NCBI GenBank assembly: GCA_039586365.1
Contig: JBDHKN010000002.1
Coordinates: 75,124-139,123 of the forward strand
Length of the DNA stretch: 64,000 bases
Direction of reading: 5' to 3'
From: Gemmatimonadota bacterium
Lineage (GTDB): Bacteria; Gemmatimonadota; Gemmatimonadetes; Gemmatimonadales; GWC2-71-9
The notes beneath the pieces were generated by a model. That model saw only the letters and a list, made by a program, of their open reading frames with translations. It had not been told where the DNA came from and searched no databases. Both the position numbers and the translations under genes were made by a program. Shown here piece after piece: positions 19,370-29,519 of this stretch (its first letter is position 1; each line of letters begins with the position of its first letter).

Positions 19370-19872
19370 TCTCTGTCACGACCACCGCTGGGAACAAACT
19401 GAACAGCTCCGTCTGATGTCACCTCACAGCGATAGATTCGGATAGCGACACTGCTCAAGAGCCGTTCCCGCAGAATCTCCATCGAGTCCTGTTCCTGCAT
19501 GCGGCTGATCTCCTTGGCAGAAGAGGTCGGCAGTATGCGCCTATAGTCACCGCAGATTGCCTCGTCTGGTCCGTCGGTTGCAGGGCCGTGAAACAGCAGA
19601 ATGATCTGCTCAATTCCATGAGCGGCGATTAGAAACTCGCACTCTTTTCTGACGGAATGAGCCCGGGTGAATTCGATGCCACTTGACGCCAGGGCTCCGG
19701 CACCACCAGGGACATATAGCCGGTCGTATCGTGCGATCCCCAGATGATCGTTCAGGAAATCGTCGACTTCCTGCTGAAAGCGCCCGTCGGAACAGCAAAC
19801 AACCAAGGTTCGGGGAAGCTCGCTGTCCCACGATCCTTCCCCACGGTAGACCTCAGAGATCATGGATGTCAC
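19366..19872 (-). CDS. Beta-carbonic-anhydrase-like protein
   Basis: CSDGR and VPGG motifs, then H...CG zinc ligands with unusual spacing. Confidence 0.65.
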   Translation of the reverse strand: MTSMISEVYRGEGSWDSELPRTLVVCCSDGRFQQEVDDFLNDHLGIARYDRLYVPGGAGALASSGIEFTRAHSVRKECEFLIAAHGIEQIILLFHGPATDGPDEAICGDYRRILPTSSAKEISRMQEQDSMEILRERLLSSVAIRIYRCEVTSDGAVQFVPSGGRDRE

Positions 19873-19891
19873 CGATAATTCGATAGTGCAC

Positions 19892-20332
19892 TCAACTCCA
19901 CTTCTGAACTTCGATGATGTTCCCTTCAGGGTCTGTCAGGTATCGGATCTCAAGTCTCCCGATGTCTGCCACCTCAACCACCTCCCTCTCACCCACCGGC
20001 CTTCCACCATTGGCAACTATCACTCGACACATCTCATCCACATCGTCCACCGAGAAGGCGATATGTGAAAAGCCAGGAGTGTTGGCGTTGATCTCCGGTC
20101 TGTCGGCTTGCTGGCTGTAACTGTACACCTCTAGCGTGGCACTCCCCCCAGGCAATCGCAGGTGAACACCCTGGATGTGAGATCCGGTTATTCCAGTGAC
20201 TCGGTCCAACCATTGTCCTTGCTGATCCCGTTCCGGCAAGACTCGTTGACATCCAAATACAGTCTCATAGAAGGCGGCCAGCCGGCGCCAGTCCTTGGCA
20301 ATTAGATTCACGTGGGCAAACCGAAGTGACAT
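19892..20332 (-). CDS. VOC/glyoxalase family protein
   Basis: HVNL, FYETVFG, HIAFSVDD and DPEGNIIE. Confidence 0.92.
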   Translation of the reverse strand: MSLRFAHVNLIAKDWRRLAAFYETVFGCQRVLPERDQQGQWLDRVTGITGSHIQGVHLRLPGGSATLEVYSYSQQADRPEINANTPGFSHIAFSVDDVDEMCRVIVANGGRPVGEREVVEVADIGRLEIRYLTDPEGNIIEVQKWS

Positions 20333-20430
20333 TATTCGTACTCCTCTTGGCGCAGATAGCTACGACCCGGCCACCTTCGCTGCGCTTCCCGACCACCCGA
20401 GCTGCAACCCAGCGACAATGACCACTGCCG

Positions 20431-20865
20431 TTAATGCTCCTCACCCTGTCGCTCAGGCTGTGTCCAATCTCTTATCAGGCGTTTTTGCTCGTCTGACAGC
20501 CGAGCGTTCCCATGCATTAGCGCGTACATCGCGGGCGGCATCCCCCCTCCCTCTACTTCATCCCAAATCTCCTCCAGCACGTGGGCCTCGTTCTCTACTG
20601 AACTCCAGTCAGAAAAGCTGAACTGTGCACGCGCCTCCTTCACATCGTGGGCGATGAGCCACGCCACGGGCGCAACATATCCATACCAAGGCCAATGCGT
20701 CTCGCTGGAGTGGCAATCGTAGCAAGCGTTTCGCAAGACCTCCAAGACCATCGGAGGCGCATCCACTTCAAATCGCACCGGTGGATTCTTACGCTCGACA
20801 GGGTAGAACTGAATGGCCACGAACGTGATCACAACTGCAAGCAGCACTTGAGACGACCGCTTCAT
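20431..20865 (-). CDS. Heme-binding domain (cytochrome c-type) protein
   Basis: ACYDCHS...WPWY...MPP. Confidence 0.88.
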   Translation of the reverse strand: MKRSSQVLLAVVITFVAIQFYPVERKNPPVRFEVDAPPMVLEVLRNACYDCHSSETHWPWYGYVAPVAWLIAHDVKEARAQFSFSDWSSVENEAHVLEEIWDEVEGGGMPPAMYALMHGNARLSDEQKRLIRDWTQPERQGEEH

Positions 20866-21032
20866 CAATCACCTCGTTTGGTCAGAACATCAAAACGTAA
20901 CTGGATCCCTGCTCCCTAACAAATGACCGCGCAACCACATCTGCGTGATCGATGCGTGCCCGTCATCAAGAGGTTCTGCCCTCGGCCTCGATCCCCTAGA
21001 TTCTCTAGAACCAGGTCGTGAGAGATGTCCCA

Positions 21033-21656
21033 ATGTTGTCGCCCAAACCCAATGTCCATGGCAGTCCTCCAGCCATCGCCCCCGAAGACGCTCGGACCTT
21101 GATAGAGGTTGCCAGAGCTTCGATCGGTCATGGGATTGCAACTGGTGAACCTCTGGAAGTCGAGCCGCACCAGTACTCCGATCGCCTAATGCAAGTGGGA
21201 GCCAGCTTCGTCACCCTCAACATCGCAGGACAGTTGCGGGGCTGTATCGGCAGCGTGGAAGCGCGACGGCCGCTAGCTCATGACGTAGCGCACAATGCCT
21301 TTGCCGCTGCCTTCAGAGACCCGCGATTCCCACCTCTAGCGGAACCGGAGCTCCACCGCATGGAGATCCAGGTAAGTGTCCTCGGCCCCCCGGTTCCGCT
21401 GTCTGTAGCGAGTGAGGAGGAGCTACTGACAACGTTGCGGCCCGGAGTTGATGGGCTGATCCTCGAGGAATCGACTTTCCGTTCCGTCTTCCTACCGCAG
21501 GTTTGGGACACTCTTCCTGAGCCCGCCGAGTTCCTGGAACACCTGAAACTGAAAGCGGGACTTCCTGCCGGCTACTGGTCACCCCAGCTGCGTTTTCAGC
21601 GCTTCATTGTGGAGGAAATAGGCGAAGACGCGGAGGACCGCGACCGGACGGATTGA
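21033..21656 (+). CDS. amrA: AmmeMemoRadiSam system protein A (AMMECR1 family)
   Basis: FVTL, LRGCIG, AAFRDPRF, FLPQVW and LKLKAGL. Confidence 0.9.
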   Translation: MLSPKPNVHGSPPAIAPEDARTLIEVARASIGHGIATGEPLEVEPHQYSDRLMQVGASFVTLNIAGQLRGCIGSVEARRPLAHDVAHNAFAAAFRDPRFPPLAEPELHRMEIQVSVLGPPVPLSVASEEELLTTLRPGVDGLILEESTFRSVFLPQVWDTLPEPAEFLEHLKLKAGLPAGYWSPQLRFQRFIVEEIGEDAEDRDRTD

Positions 21657-21666
21657 TACGCCGCCA

Positions 21667-22188
21667 CTACCTGCTCCACGTCGAGCCGGCAACCTGTCGT
21701 TTCAGGTATCGCACGACGCCCAAGGCGAAGTTGAATCTCGGCACCTTCTTTTGATACGCCTCGTACTTGGCACCGAGCTGCTCCACGCAGAAGCGTTCTT
21801 CCCATACCGCCTGCAGGTAGAACAGCAATACCCCGATGACACCGAGCAATGTCGCCGAGATCCGCTGGCACCGTAAGGTGAATCCGAGAAGGAGGAGGAT
21901 GTAACCCAGATACTGCGGATGCCTGACAATCCCGTACACACCGCGATCCACCACGGTGTTCGTTTCGAAGTAGCTCCTTCCCCGCTCTACTTCACCGTGC
22001 TTCTTCAGCAGATAGAAGGGCGGGACGAAGAAGGCGATCGAGCACAGCAGTGCCACGGTCCCAGCGACGTAGAGACCGGTGCTCGTACCTCGTTCGATGA
22101 CGAGGTCCACGATGAGTAGCGCTACAACTGTGGCCGCAGCGAACCAGTCGAATATGGATCGCCTAGGTGAGTCCGTTCCAGCAGTCAA
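21667..22188 (-). CDS. Isoprenylcysteine carboxylmethyltransferase/PEMT family membrane protein
   Basis: GVYGIVRHPQYLG and EERF...Y...VPRF. Confidence 0.85.
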   Translation of the reverse strand: MTAGTDSPRRSIFDWFAAATVVALLIVDLVIERGTSTGLYVAGTVALLCSIAFFVPPFYLLKKHGEVERGRSYFETNTVVDRGVYGIVRHPQYLGYILLLLGFTLRCQRISATLLGVIGVLLFYLQAVWEERFCVEQLGAKYEAYQKKVPRFNFALGVVRYLKRQVAGSTWSR

Positions 22189-22229
22189 ACCGCATTACCT
22201 CCATGCGCTCGCAGTCCTGCGCCACAGCG

Positions 22230-22535
22230 CTAGGAGTAGTAGTCCACCTTACAGCCGCATCCGTCCCACATGCGCTCATACTCCTCGAGCCGACGCTGTA
22301 CGAAGCGGCTGGCCTCTGCGTCATCGGACAGCCGGCGAACCACACGCTGTTCGGGAGATGGCTGTTCCACCACAGCCAGGCCCGCCTCACTGCGGACGAT
22401 CAGTAGATCGCCGGCAACAAACGTGTCTCGGCACTCAACCTGCTCGAAGCTTCCGGCGACCGCAGCCCATTCCGCTGCCGAGATGGTGACTATGTTCTCG
22501 GCTTTGAGACGCCTCTTCAGTTTCTCAGCCGTCAT
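22230..22535 (-). CDS. Hypothetical protein with C-terminal MWDGCGC motif
   Basis: AAGGAGA RBS before ATG 22535; 101 aa. Confidence 0.7.
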   Translation of the reverse strand: MTAEKLKRRLKAENIVTISAAEWAAVAGSFEQVECRDTFVAGDLLIVRSEAGLAVVEQPSPEQRVVRRLSDDAEASRFVQRRLEEYERMWDGCGCKVDYYS

Positions 22536-22630
22536 TCTCCTTGCCCCGATGTGCATGGTGCGGCGCTGCAATCTTCTTGGGACCTGCACTCCTTCCAGAA
22601 TCTTAGCCGGGCTCCCCGTCCCTGTCCTCA

Positions 22631-22681
22631 TTGACAAAACGCAACACTACGGTCACAATTGACTGCAGTCATATTTGTGAC
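22631..22681 (+). promoter_or_regulatory. Promoter and TetR-type operator for the efflux operon
   Basis: TTGACA-17 bp-CACAAT, then perfect palindrome TGACTGCAGTCA (22660-22671) nested in GTCACAA...TTGTGAC. Confidence 0.7.
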
Positions 22682-22715
22682 ACTGTTGTCGAGCTTGAGT
22701 GGAGACAGCGATCGT

Positions 22716-23414
22716 ATGGACTCGACGCCTGCATCCGATGTACAGCCGCTGAGCCGCCGGGAACGCAAGAAGCAAGAGATCCGTCGCAGGATCTTCCAGG
22801 CAGCGTTCGATCTCTTTCTGGAGCAAGGATTCGAGGAAACCACAATAGAGCAGATCGCAGAGCGAGCCGATGTGGGGAAAGGTACGGTCTTCAATTACTT
22901 CCCACGGAAGACATCGTTCCTCGCTGCCCTGGCTGATGATTGGATCTCTCGGCTGACAGAGGAGATGGGACCAGTCGAGACGTGGCAGGGAACGACGCGC
23001 GAGAAGCTCGAACGCGTGTTCCAGTTTCTTACCGACCTCAGCGTGCAAAATCCCGAGCTAGCCCGCCATGCTCTGTCTGAGAGCCTGCGTCACATGCAGA
23101 CGCGGACATCCGTCGAAACCGAGCGAGGAGTTCGCGAATTCCTGGGCATCACCCGTAGCGTGCTGCGTCAGGGCCAGGCGTCAGGCGAAGTGCGTGAGGA
23201 TCTGGAAACCGAATACGCCGCGAATCTCATCGAGTCAGCGTTCCACCGAACACTGGTGCTGTGGCTAAGAGATGGGGGTTCAGCGGAGTCCCTCCACAAG
23301 GAGATTACAGCTAAGCTCGACATCATCTTCAACGGGGTGGCGCCGCGAATCCTGGCCAATAGCAGCCGTGACAACCGCGCCCAGAAACAACGGGCGCGAG
23401 GGAAGAGACGATGA
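22716..23414 (+). CDS. TetR/AcrR family regulator
   Basis: RRERKK...TTIEQIAERADVGKGTVFNYFPRK. Confidence 0.92.
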   Translation: MDSTPASDVQPLSRRERKKQEIRRRIFQAAFDLFLEQGFEETTIEQIAERADVGKGTVFNYFPRKTSFLAALADDWISRLTEEMGPVETWQGTTREKLERVFQFLTDLSVQNPELARHALSESLRHMQTRTSVETERGVREFLGITRSVLRQGQASGEVREDLETEYAANLIESAFHRTLVLWLRDGGSAESLHKEITAKLDIIFNGVAPRILANSSRDNRAQKQRARGKRR

Positions 23415-24811
23415 AAGTACTTCACTCCTGTCGGAAGATCGGGTTCCCACTTTACGTCCTATGGTCAATGTGCGTTCCGGCACTGTTGGCGGCACAGCAG
23501 ACTGGTCCGCCGACAGCACTACGGCTCGCGTTGTCGGACGCCGTTGCTCGAGCCTTGTCTGAGAGCGAGGAGATCGAGGCTGCGCGCTCCCAGGTTGACC
23601 AGGCCGGCGCTCAGATCACTCAGGCAACCGCCACAGCTCTTCCTCAATTATCGACTAACCTTACGTACAATCGGGCTATCAAGACCATCTTTGACGACCT
23701 CGGCGGCACGTCCTCAGAAGCTGACACTTCCGAGTTTGCAGATCTTTTCAAAGACCTCCCATTTGGCCGTCCCAACAACTACGTCGCGACGGTGCAGCTA
23801 TCACAGCTGCTTTGGGCCGGCGGCAGTGTAGGCGCGGCACGCCGCGTGGCCACTCTGTTCCGCTCTGCGGCCCAAAACCGCCTGGAAGAGGTCGCGGCCG
23901 ACCTTACTCTCCAAGTCCGCACGGCCTACCTGAATGCAGTCATGGCCCAGCGGCTGCACGAAATCGCGTTGCAGAGTCGCAGCGTTGCGGAAGCTCACCT
24001 CGAGCAAGTCGAGTCGTTTTATCAGGCCGGAACGACCTCGGAGTTCGAGCTGCTCAGGGCTAGGGTGGATCTGGAGAATCGGGATCCCGCGGTGGTTCAG
24101 TCCGAGAACACCGTCGAGTTGGCGCTGCTGGAGTTGAAGCGTCTGGTGAACCTGCCAGCCGATCAATCGGTGATCCTCACGACGGAGCTCGATCCCGAGA
24201 TCGTGGAAGTCGACGAGGAGGAGCTGGTGCGGCTTGTTCTGGACCGTCCGATCTTGCATGCCGCTCAGGAGGTGGTTCAGATGCGCGAGGCTGCAATCCG
24301 CATCTACCGCGCCCAGCGGCTCCCTTCGCTGCGGTTCCTTGGCAACCTCGGGTTCCAGGCATTCCCCGGGAACATGGCACCGCCAGGCTTCGACCAATGG
24401 CGCAAGGACTGGAGCGTCTCACTCGCCGCCAGTTGGAATCCCTTCGACGGCTTTCGGACCCGCGGCCAAATCGGTGAAGCGCAGGCGCTATTGCGTCAAG
24501 CTCACGTAGAGGAAGACCAACTCAGAGAGGCCCTCGAACTCGAACTGGCCGCCGCGTTGGCCGAGTACGCCATGACTCGAGCCCAGATCGAAGCGCGGCG
24601 AGAGACCGTCACTCTGGCAGAACGGACCCAGGAGCTAGCGGAGGTCCGCTTCGCCAATGGCCTGTCAACCCAGCTGGAAGTCTCCGACGCAGCACTCCTG
24701 CTCGACCAGGCTCGCGTCAACGAAGTCCAGTCGCAGCACGACTACGTCAAGGCCCTAGCTCATCTGGAACGGTTGAGCGGGGGAACGCTACAGCTCTTGA
24801 GGTTTCCATGA
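23411..24811 (+). CDS. TolC family outer-membrane efflux protein
   Basis: Signal peptide, repeated helical OEP domains, RFANGLSTQLEV; ATGA-coupled to its neighbours. Confidence 0.9.
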   Translation: MKVLHSCRKIGFPLYVLWSMCVPALLAAQQTGPPTALRLALSDAVARALSESEEIEAARSQVDQAGAQITQATATALPQLSTNLTYNRAIKTIFDDLGGTSSEADTSEFADLFKDLPFGRPNNYVATVQLSQLLWAGGSVGAARRVATLFRSAAQNRLEEVAADLTLQVRTAYLNAVMAQRLHEIALQSRSVAEAHLEQVESFYQAGTTSEFELLRARVDLENRDPAVVQSENTVELALLELKRLVNLPADQSVILTTELDPEIVEVDEEELVRLVLDRPILHAAQEVVQMREAAIRIYRAQRLPSLRFLGNLGFQAFPGNMAPPGFDQWRKDWSVSLAASWNPFDGFRTRGQIGEAQALLRQAHVEEDQLREALELELAAALAEYAMTRAQIEARRETVTLAERTQELAEVRFANGLSTQLEVSDAALLLDQARVNEVQSQHDYVKALAHLERLSGGTLQLLRFP

Positions 24812-25872
24812 CCAAACGCATCGTGATCGGAGCAATCGGGCTGGCTCTGGTGATCCTTACAATCATCCGGGTTGTCCAGGCTTCTGCCAACGAAGAACCC
24901 GCACCGGACGTCGCAGAGATCCGGCGCCAGGCCGGAGTCCCGGTTGAAGTGGGCCGGGCCGTGGTTGGTTCCTTGGTAGTTTACCGCGAGTTCACCGGAA
25001 CAATACGCGGTATCCGGAGCGCGACCATCAAGGCCAAGACCAGCGACGAAATTGTGGAGATACCGGTCCGGGTTGGGCAGCGGGTACAGGTAGGGGATGT
25101 GCTGATCCGTCAGTCCAGTGAGGGCTCGATGTCTTCCGTCCGTCAGGCTGAGGCGGCGTGGGAGCAGGCCCAGCGTTCAGTGGAGCGACTGAGACCTCTG
25201 AGGGATCGCGGAGCCATCAGCGAGCAGGATTGGGACAACGCCGTTACGGCTCTCGCCGTGGCCGAGGCAAACCTGGCAGCGGCCAGCCGAGCCATTGTAC
25301 TCACGAGTCCCATTGACGGGATTGTCACCGACATTCTGGAGACCCGCGGGACCGTCCCATCAGCAGACGACCCTCTAGTGCGACTGAGCGACCTCTCCCA
25401 GCTGCAGGTCCTGCTCCATGTGAGCCCGGAGCAGGCACGGGAATTGGCCCTACGGCAGCAGGCTTCGTTGCCGGACTACTCCATGCAAGGTGTGGTGTCC
25501 AGGATTGCCCTTCAGGCGGACCCTGAGTCTCGCTTGCTGGAAGTCGAGTTGACATTCCCTGGTTCAGGTTCCAGAGCGGCACAGAACAATCGTGACCGAG
25601 CCGTCCCCGGAGCATTAGTCACCAGCTACGTAATAGTGGCTCGGCGGGATTCAGCCTTGCTCGTTCCCAGGAATGCGACGCGTGATGGAACGGTTTGGGT
25701 GGTGGACGCCGATGGTGTGGCACACTTGAGGTCCGTCACTGTGGGCATAGTAGGAGACGACGATGTCGAGATCGTCGACGGGGTCGTTGAGGGGGAGCAG
25801 GTCGTAGTTGCCGGGGCGTCGTTACTCTCAGACGGCGCGCAGACCCGGGTCGTGGGGGGAACGGGCTCGTGA
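24808..25872 (+). CDS. RND efflux periplasmic adaptor (MFP)
   Basis: Lipoyl halves VRVGQRVQVGD and LTSPIDG, alpha hairpin, GEQVVVAG. Confidence 0.9.
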   Translation: MTKRIVIGAIGLALVILTIIRVVQASANEEPAPDVAEIRRQAGVPVEVGRAVVGSLVVYREFTGTIRGIRSATIKAKTSDEIVEIPVRVGQRVQVGDVLIRQSSEGSMSSVRQAEAAWEQAQRSVERLRPLRDRGAISEQDWDNAVTALAVAEANLAAASRAIVLTSPIDGIVTDILETRGTVPSADDPLVRLSDLSQLQVLLHVSPEQARELALRQQASLPDYSMQGVVSRIALQADPESRLLEVELTFPGSGSRAAQNNRDRAVPGALVTSYVIVARRDSALLVPRNATRDGTVWVVDADGVAHLRSVTVGIVGDDDVEIVDGVVEGEQVVVAGASLLSDGAQTRVVGGTGS

Positions 25873-25927
25873 GCTGGCCCGCACTGGTGGATGCCGAATC
25901 GCTAACCGTCTCAGCCGTGGACTAGCC

Positions 25928-28900
25928 ATGTTTCGTTTCTTCGCTCGCCTCGCCGTCACACGGCCCGTCCTGACCAGCATGCTGGTGGCCGTGTTCGTAT
26001 TCCTGGGAGCATTCAGCTACCTCGCCATTGCGGTGGATCTGTTTCCGGGCATAGACATTCCGGTAGTCACTGTAACAACCATCTATCCAGGAGCCGGCCC
26101 TGAGGAAGTGGAGACCGAGATCACCGAGCGCGTGGAGGATGCTGTCTCCACGATCGCGAACCTCGAATCCCTAATCTCGTTCTCGCAGGAGAACGTCTCC
26201 ACCGTCATCATAGAATTCGACTACAACGTGGACGCCGACCTAGCGGCCATCGAAGTGAAGGACAAGGTAGATGCGATTCGGGCCCGTTTCCCATCCGACG
26301 CTGAGACACCCACTATCCTGAAGCTGGACATCAACGCGATGCCCATCATGGACGTTACGATCTCAGGGCCCCAGGCTCTGGAAGCACTCACGGATTTCGC
26401 CGACGATGTGGTACGTGAGCGGCTCGCGCGGGTGGAGGGTGTAGCATCGGTCACCCTGACTGGGGGCCGCGAGCGGGAGATCGAGATCCTCATACACCCC
26501 GATCGCTTGCGGGCCTACGGCCTTGCCATAACCGAAGTTGCGGCGGTTGTTGGTGGAGAGAACATCACCATTCCTGCGGGACGAGTGACCGAATCCGCTG
26601 CGGAGTTCTCGATTCGTGTGGTGGGCCAGTATAGCTCCCTTGCCGAGGTAGAGAATCTCCCATTGTTCTTGCGTGAAGGTGGCAGGATTCGCTTGGCCGA
26701 CGTTGCCACCGTACAACAAGGTTTTGCCGACGTCCGCGAGATCGCGCGCTACAACGGCGAGCCGACACTGAGTCTGTCAATACAGAAGCGATCTGACGCC
26801 AACACAGTCGCGGCGGCCGCCGGCGTGTTCGAAGCAGTCGCTGGACTCCGGGAGCAGCTTCCTCCAGGCGTCACCATGGAGATAGCCCGCGATGCCAGCG
26901 AGTTCATCCGGGACGCGGTCCGAGACATCTTCAAGAACATTCTCATCGGTATCGCCCTGACCACACTAGTCCTGTTCCTGTTTCTCCACTCCTGGCGCGG
27001 CACCGTTGTGGCCGCCATAGCAATGCCGGCAACCATCGTGGCCACGTTTCTTGCCATCGACCAGGCCGGATTCACAATCAACATCATGACTCTGATGGCG
27101 CTGGGTATAACCGTCGGCATCCTGGTTACCAACACGATCGTGGTTCTGGAGAGTGTCTATCGACATCTCGATGAGGGTAAGTCACCCAAGGATGCAGCGG
27201 AAATCGGGACAACGGAGGTGGCCATCGCTGTTGCGGCGTCCGCCCTCACCAACGTCGTGGTATTCACACCCATCGCTTTCATGCAAGGCATCATCGGCCA
27301 GTTCTTCATCCAGTTCGGTCTCACAGTCGTCTTCGCCACCCTGTTCTCGGTATTGATTTCGTTCACACTCACACCGATGCTGGCAGCAAAGCTACTCCGA
27401 ACCCACGAGACGCAACTCGAGGAGAGTGAAGGGAGACTGGCCGGCTTTTGGCGCGCATTCGATCGGGCATATTCTGGTCTGGAGCAGGACTACCGACGCG
27501 CATTGAAGTGGGTCCTGGCATCCCCGCGGCATGGATGGGGCGTCATCGCAGCGACGGGGCTTGCAGTGATCCTCGCAATGGTAGTTCAAGCGGTCTTTGT
27601 TGGTGGAGAGTTCATGCCGGCGCAGGACGAGGGTCTGGCGCTGGTGACCCTGGAGCTACCGCCCGGCACCCCAGTCGAGCGTACATCTCAGGCGGCAGCG
27701 ATGGCCGAGGCGGCGATCGGTGAGGTACCCGAGGTGGCATCGGTACTCACGCAGATCGGAGGCCAAGGACGTGCCTTTCGGGGGGGGTCGGTGGGCGAAG
27801 TCAATGTGGCACAGATTCAGGTCACAGTCGAGTCGGAACTGCCGACCGAAGACATCATCCCCCGGATCAGGGAAAGGGCGGCGCTAGTTCCTGATGCTGA
27901 CGTGACGGTGACCTTGACCGAATCGGTGGGGCCGGGAGGCGACGCGCCTCTCCAGATTCTAGTCAAGGGTCCAGAGCGGACCCGACTAGAGGCTCTCGGT
28001 CGCGAGGCCACTTCAGTTGTGGCTGGAATCCGGGGATTGGTCGACGTCCGCAACTCAATTTCAGATCCTCGGCCTGAGATCGTTTTCACACCCAACAGGG
28101 AAGTGCTCTCAGACAACGGCTTGACGGTTGGGGCCGTGGGTGGGACCCTGCGGGCCTCCATCGAGGGAGTTGTCCCCGGGGTTTATCGCGAAGCCGGCGA
28201 CGAAAGAGACATCCGCGTTCGCCTAACCGAGAGTGCGCGTGACCGGGTCGGCGAGTTGGGTTCGCTCCAGATTCGCACCCCCGATGGTATGGCACCGTTG
28301 AGCAGTCTCGGTGATATCGACGCGCGCGGGGGAGAAACCACGATCCAGCGGGACGAGAAGCAACGTACCGTTCAGATCGACGCGTACATTGCCAGCGGGA
28401 GCCTTACAGAACTGGCCCGCCAGATTCAACTGGGTCTGGATGAGATGGGGTTCCCACCGGGTTACAGCTATGAGATAACCGGCCAGTTTGAGATGTTCCA
28501 GGAGTCGCTCACGGAGATGCTGAAAGCACTGGTCATGGCCATCGTGCTCACCTACATAGTGTTAGCCATGATCCTGGAGTCGTACGTTCATCCGTTCACG
28601 ATCATGCTCACGCTACCTCTGGGTTTCGTGGGGGCCGTGTTGAGCCTGTTCCTCGCTAACAGCTCCCTCAACATCTTCAGCATGATGGCCCTCATCATGT
28701 TGGTCGGCATCGTAGTGAACAACGCAATTCTCATTCTGGACTACACCCACCAGTTGCGTGAAGAGGGAATGACGGCGACAGAGGCGCTGCTCGAGGCGGC
28801 CCCCATACGGTTGCGGCCAATCGTCATGACTAATGTGGCGATCGCAATCGCTCTGCTGCCGCAGGCCGTCGGCTCCGGTGCTGGATCGTTCTACCGCATT

Positions 28901-29080
28901 CCGATGGCGGTCGTGACGATTGGTGGAGTCCTGGTTGCGGCGCTGTTCACTCTGTTTCTGATTCCCGTCATCTACATCAAGCTCGACCGCTACACTGCGG
29001 CTGCGTTGCGTCAGAAACACGCGGACAAGAAACGGCTCTCCATTGCCTCTGCTGGGGAAGCGAGGCCACAAGAAGGATAA
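25928..29080 (+). CDS. RND efflux transporter permease (AcrB/AcrD/AcrF family)
   Basis: About 1050 aa; RPVLTS, DLFPGIDIP, GIVVNNAILI and RLRPIVMT. Confidence 0.95.
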   Translation: MFRFFARLAVTRPVLTSMLVAVFVFLGAFSYLAIAVDLFPGIDIPVVTVTTIYPGAGPEEVETEITERVEDAVSTIANLESLISFSQENVSTVIIEFDYNVDADLAAIEVKDKVDAIRARFPSDAETPTILKLDINAMPIMDVTISGPQALEALTDFADDVVRERLARVEGVASVTLTGGREREIEILIHPDRLRAYGLAITEVAAVVGGENITIPAGRVTESAAEFSIRVVGQYSSLAEVENLPLFLREGGRIRLADVATVQQGFADVREIARYNGEPTLSLSIQKRSDANTVAAAAGVFEAVAGLREQLPPGVTMEIARDASEFIRDAVRDIFKNILIGIALTTLVLFLFLHSWRGTVVAAIAMPATIVATFLAIDQAGFTINIMTLMALGITVGILVTNTIVVLESVYRHLDEGKSPKDAAEIGTTEVAIAVAASALTNVVVFTPIAFMQGIIGQFFIQFGLTVVFATLFSVLISFTLTPMLAAKLLRTHETQLEESEGRLAGFWRAFDRAYSGLEQDYRRALKWVLASPRHGWGVIAATGLAVILAMVVQAVFVGGEFMPAQDEGLALVTLELPPGTPVERTSQAAAMAEAAIGEVPEVASVLTQIGGQGRAFRGGSVGEVNVAQIQVTVESELPTEDIIPRIRERAALVPDADVTVTLTESVGPGGDAPLQILVKGPERTRLEALGREATSVVAGIRGLVDVRNSISDPRPEIVFTPNREVLSDNGLTVGAVGGTLRASIEGVVPGVYREAGDERDIRVRLTESARDRVGELGSLQIRTPDGMAPLSSLGDIDARGGETTIQRDEKQRTVQIDAYIASGSLTELARQIQLGLDEMGFPPGYSYEITGQFEMFQESLTEMLKALVMAIVLTYIVLAMILESYVHPFTIMLTLPLGFVGAVLSLFLANSSLNIFSMMALIMLVGIVVNNAILILDYTHQLREEGMTATEALLEAAPIRLRPIVMTNVAIAIALLPQAVGSGAGSFYRIPMAVVTIGGVLVAALFTLFLIPVIYIKLDRYTAAALRQKHADKKRLSIASAGEARPQEG

Positions 29081-29107
29081 AGGCGCACCCGCGCAACTGT
29101 CATAGAT

Positions 29108-29479
29108 CTACTCGCCCGGCTGGTACAGCGAACATGTGGCTCCCGCCGGATCGCGAATCACGCAATACCGTGCCTTTCCCATCTGCCTCGGTTGCACTAC
29201 TACTGCTCCGCCAAGCTTGCGACACCGCTCCATACTTTGCTCCAGATCATCGACAACAATGTAGATCATCCACGTGGCCGGAAGATCTGCGTTTCCTCCC
29301 AGTGTATGACAGACTCCAGCGATCGCCTCGCCATCATCCGGAGCGTTCATGGTGTAGTCTTCGTACTCTCCCATACTGACCGGACTCACCGTCCAACCCA
29401 CTACGGCTTGGTAGAAATCGCGAACTTGTTCAGCGTCACTCACAGTCAAGTCTATCCAACCAATCGTTCCGCGTCTCAT
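29108..29479 (-). CDS. VOC family protein
   Basis: WIDLTV, FYQAVVGW, WMIYIVVDD and RDPAGA. Confidence 0.9.
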   Translation of the reverse strand: MRRGTIGWIDLTVSDAEQVRDFYQAVVGWTVSPVSMGEYEDYTMNAPDDGEAIAGVCHTLGGNADLPATWMIYIVVDDLEQSMERCRKLGGAVVVQPRQMGKARYCVIRDPAGATCSLYQPGE

Positions 29480-29519
29480 CTCAGTCTGCTCTCCCCCAAC
29501 TTGGAGTCCGTCAGTACAC

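Noticed and set aside
25808..25927. Extended RND N-terminus
   Set aside because: It overlaps the MFP gene, and the family-typical start is ATG 25928.
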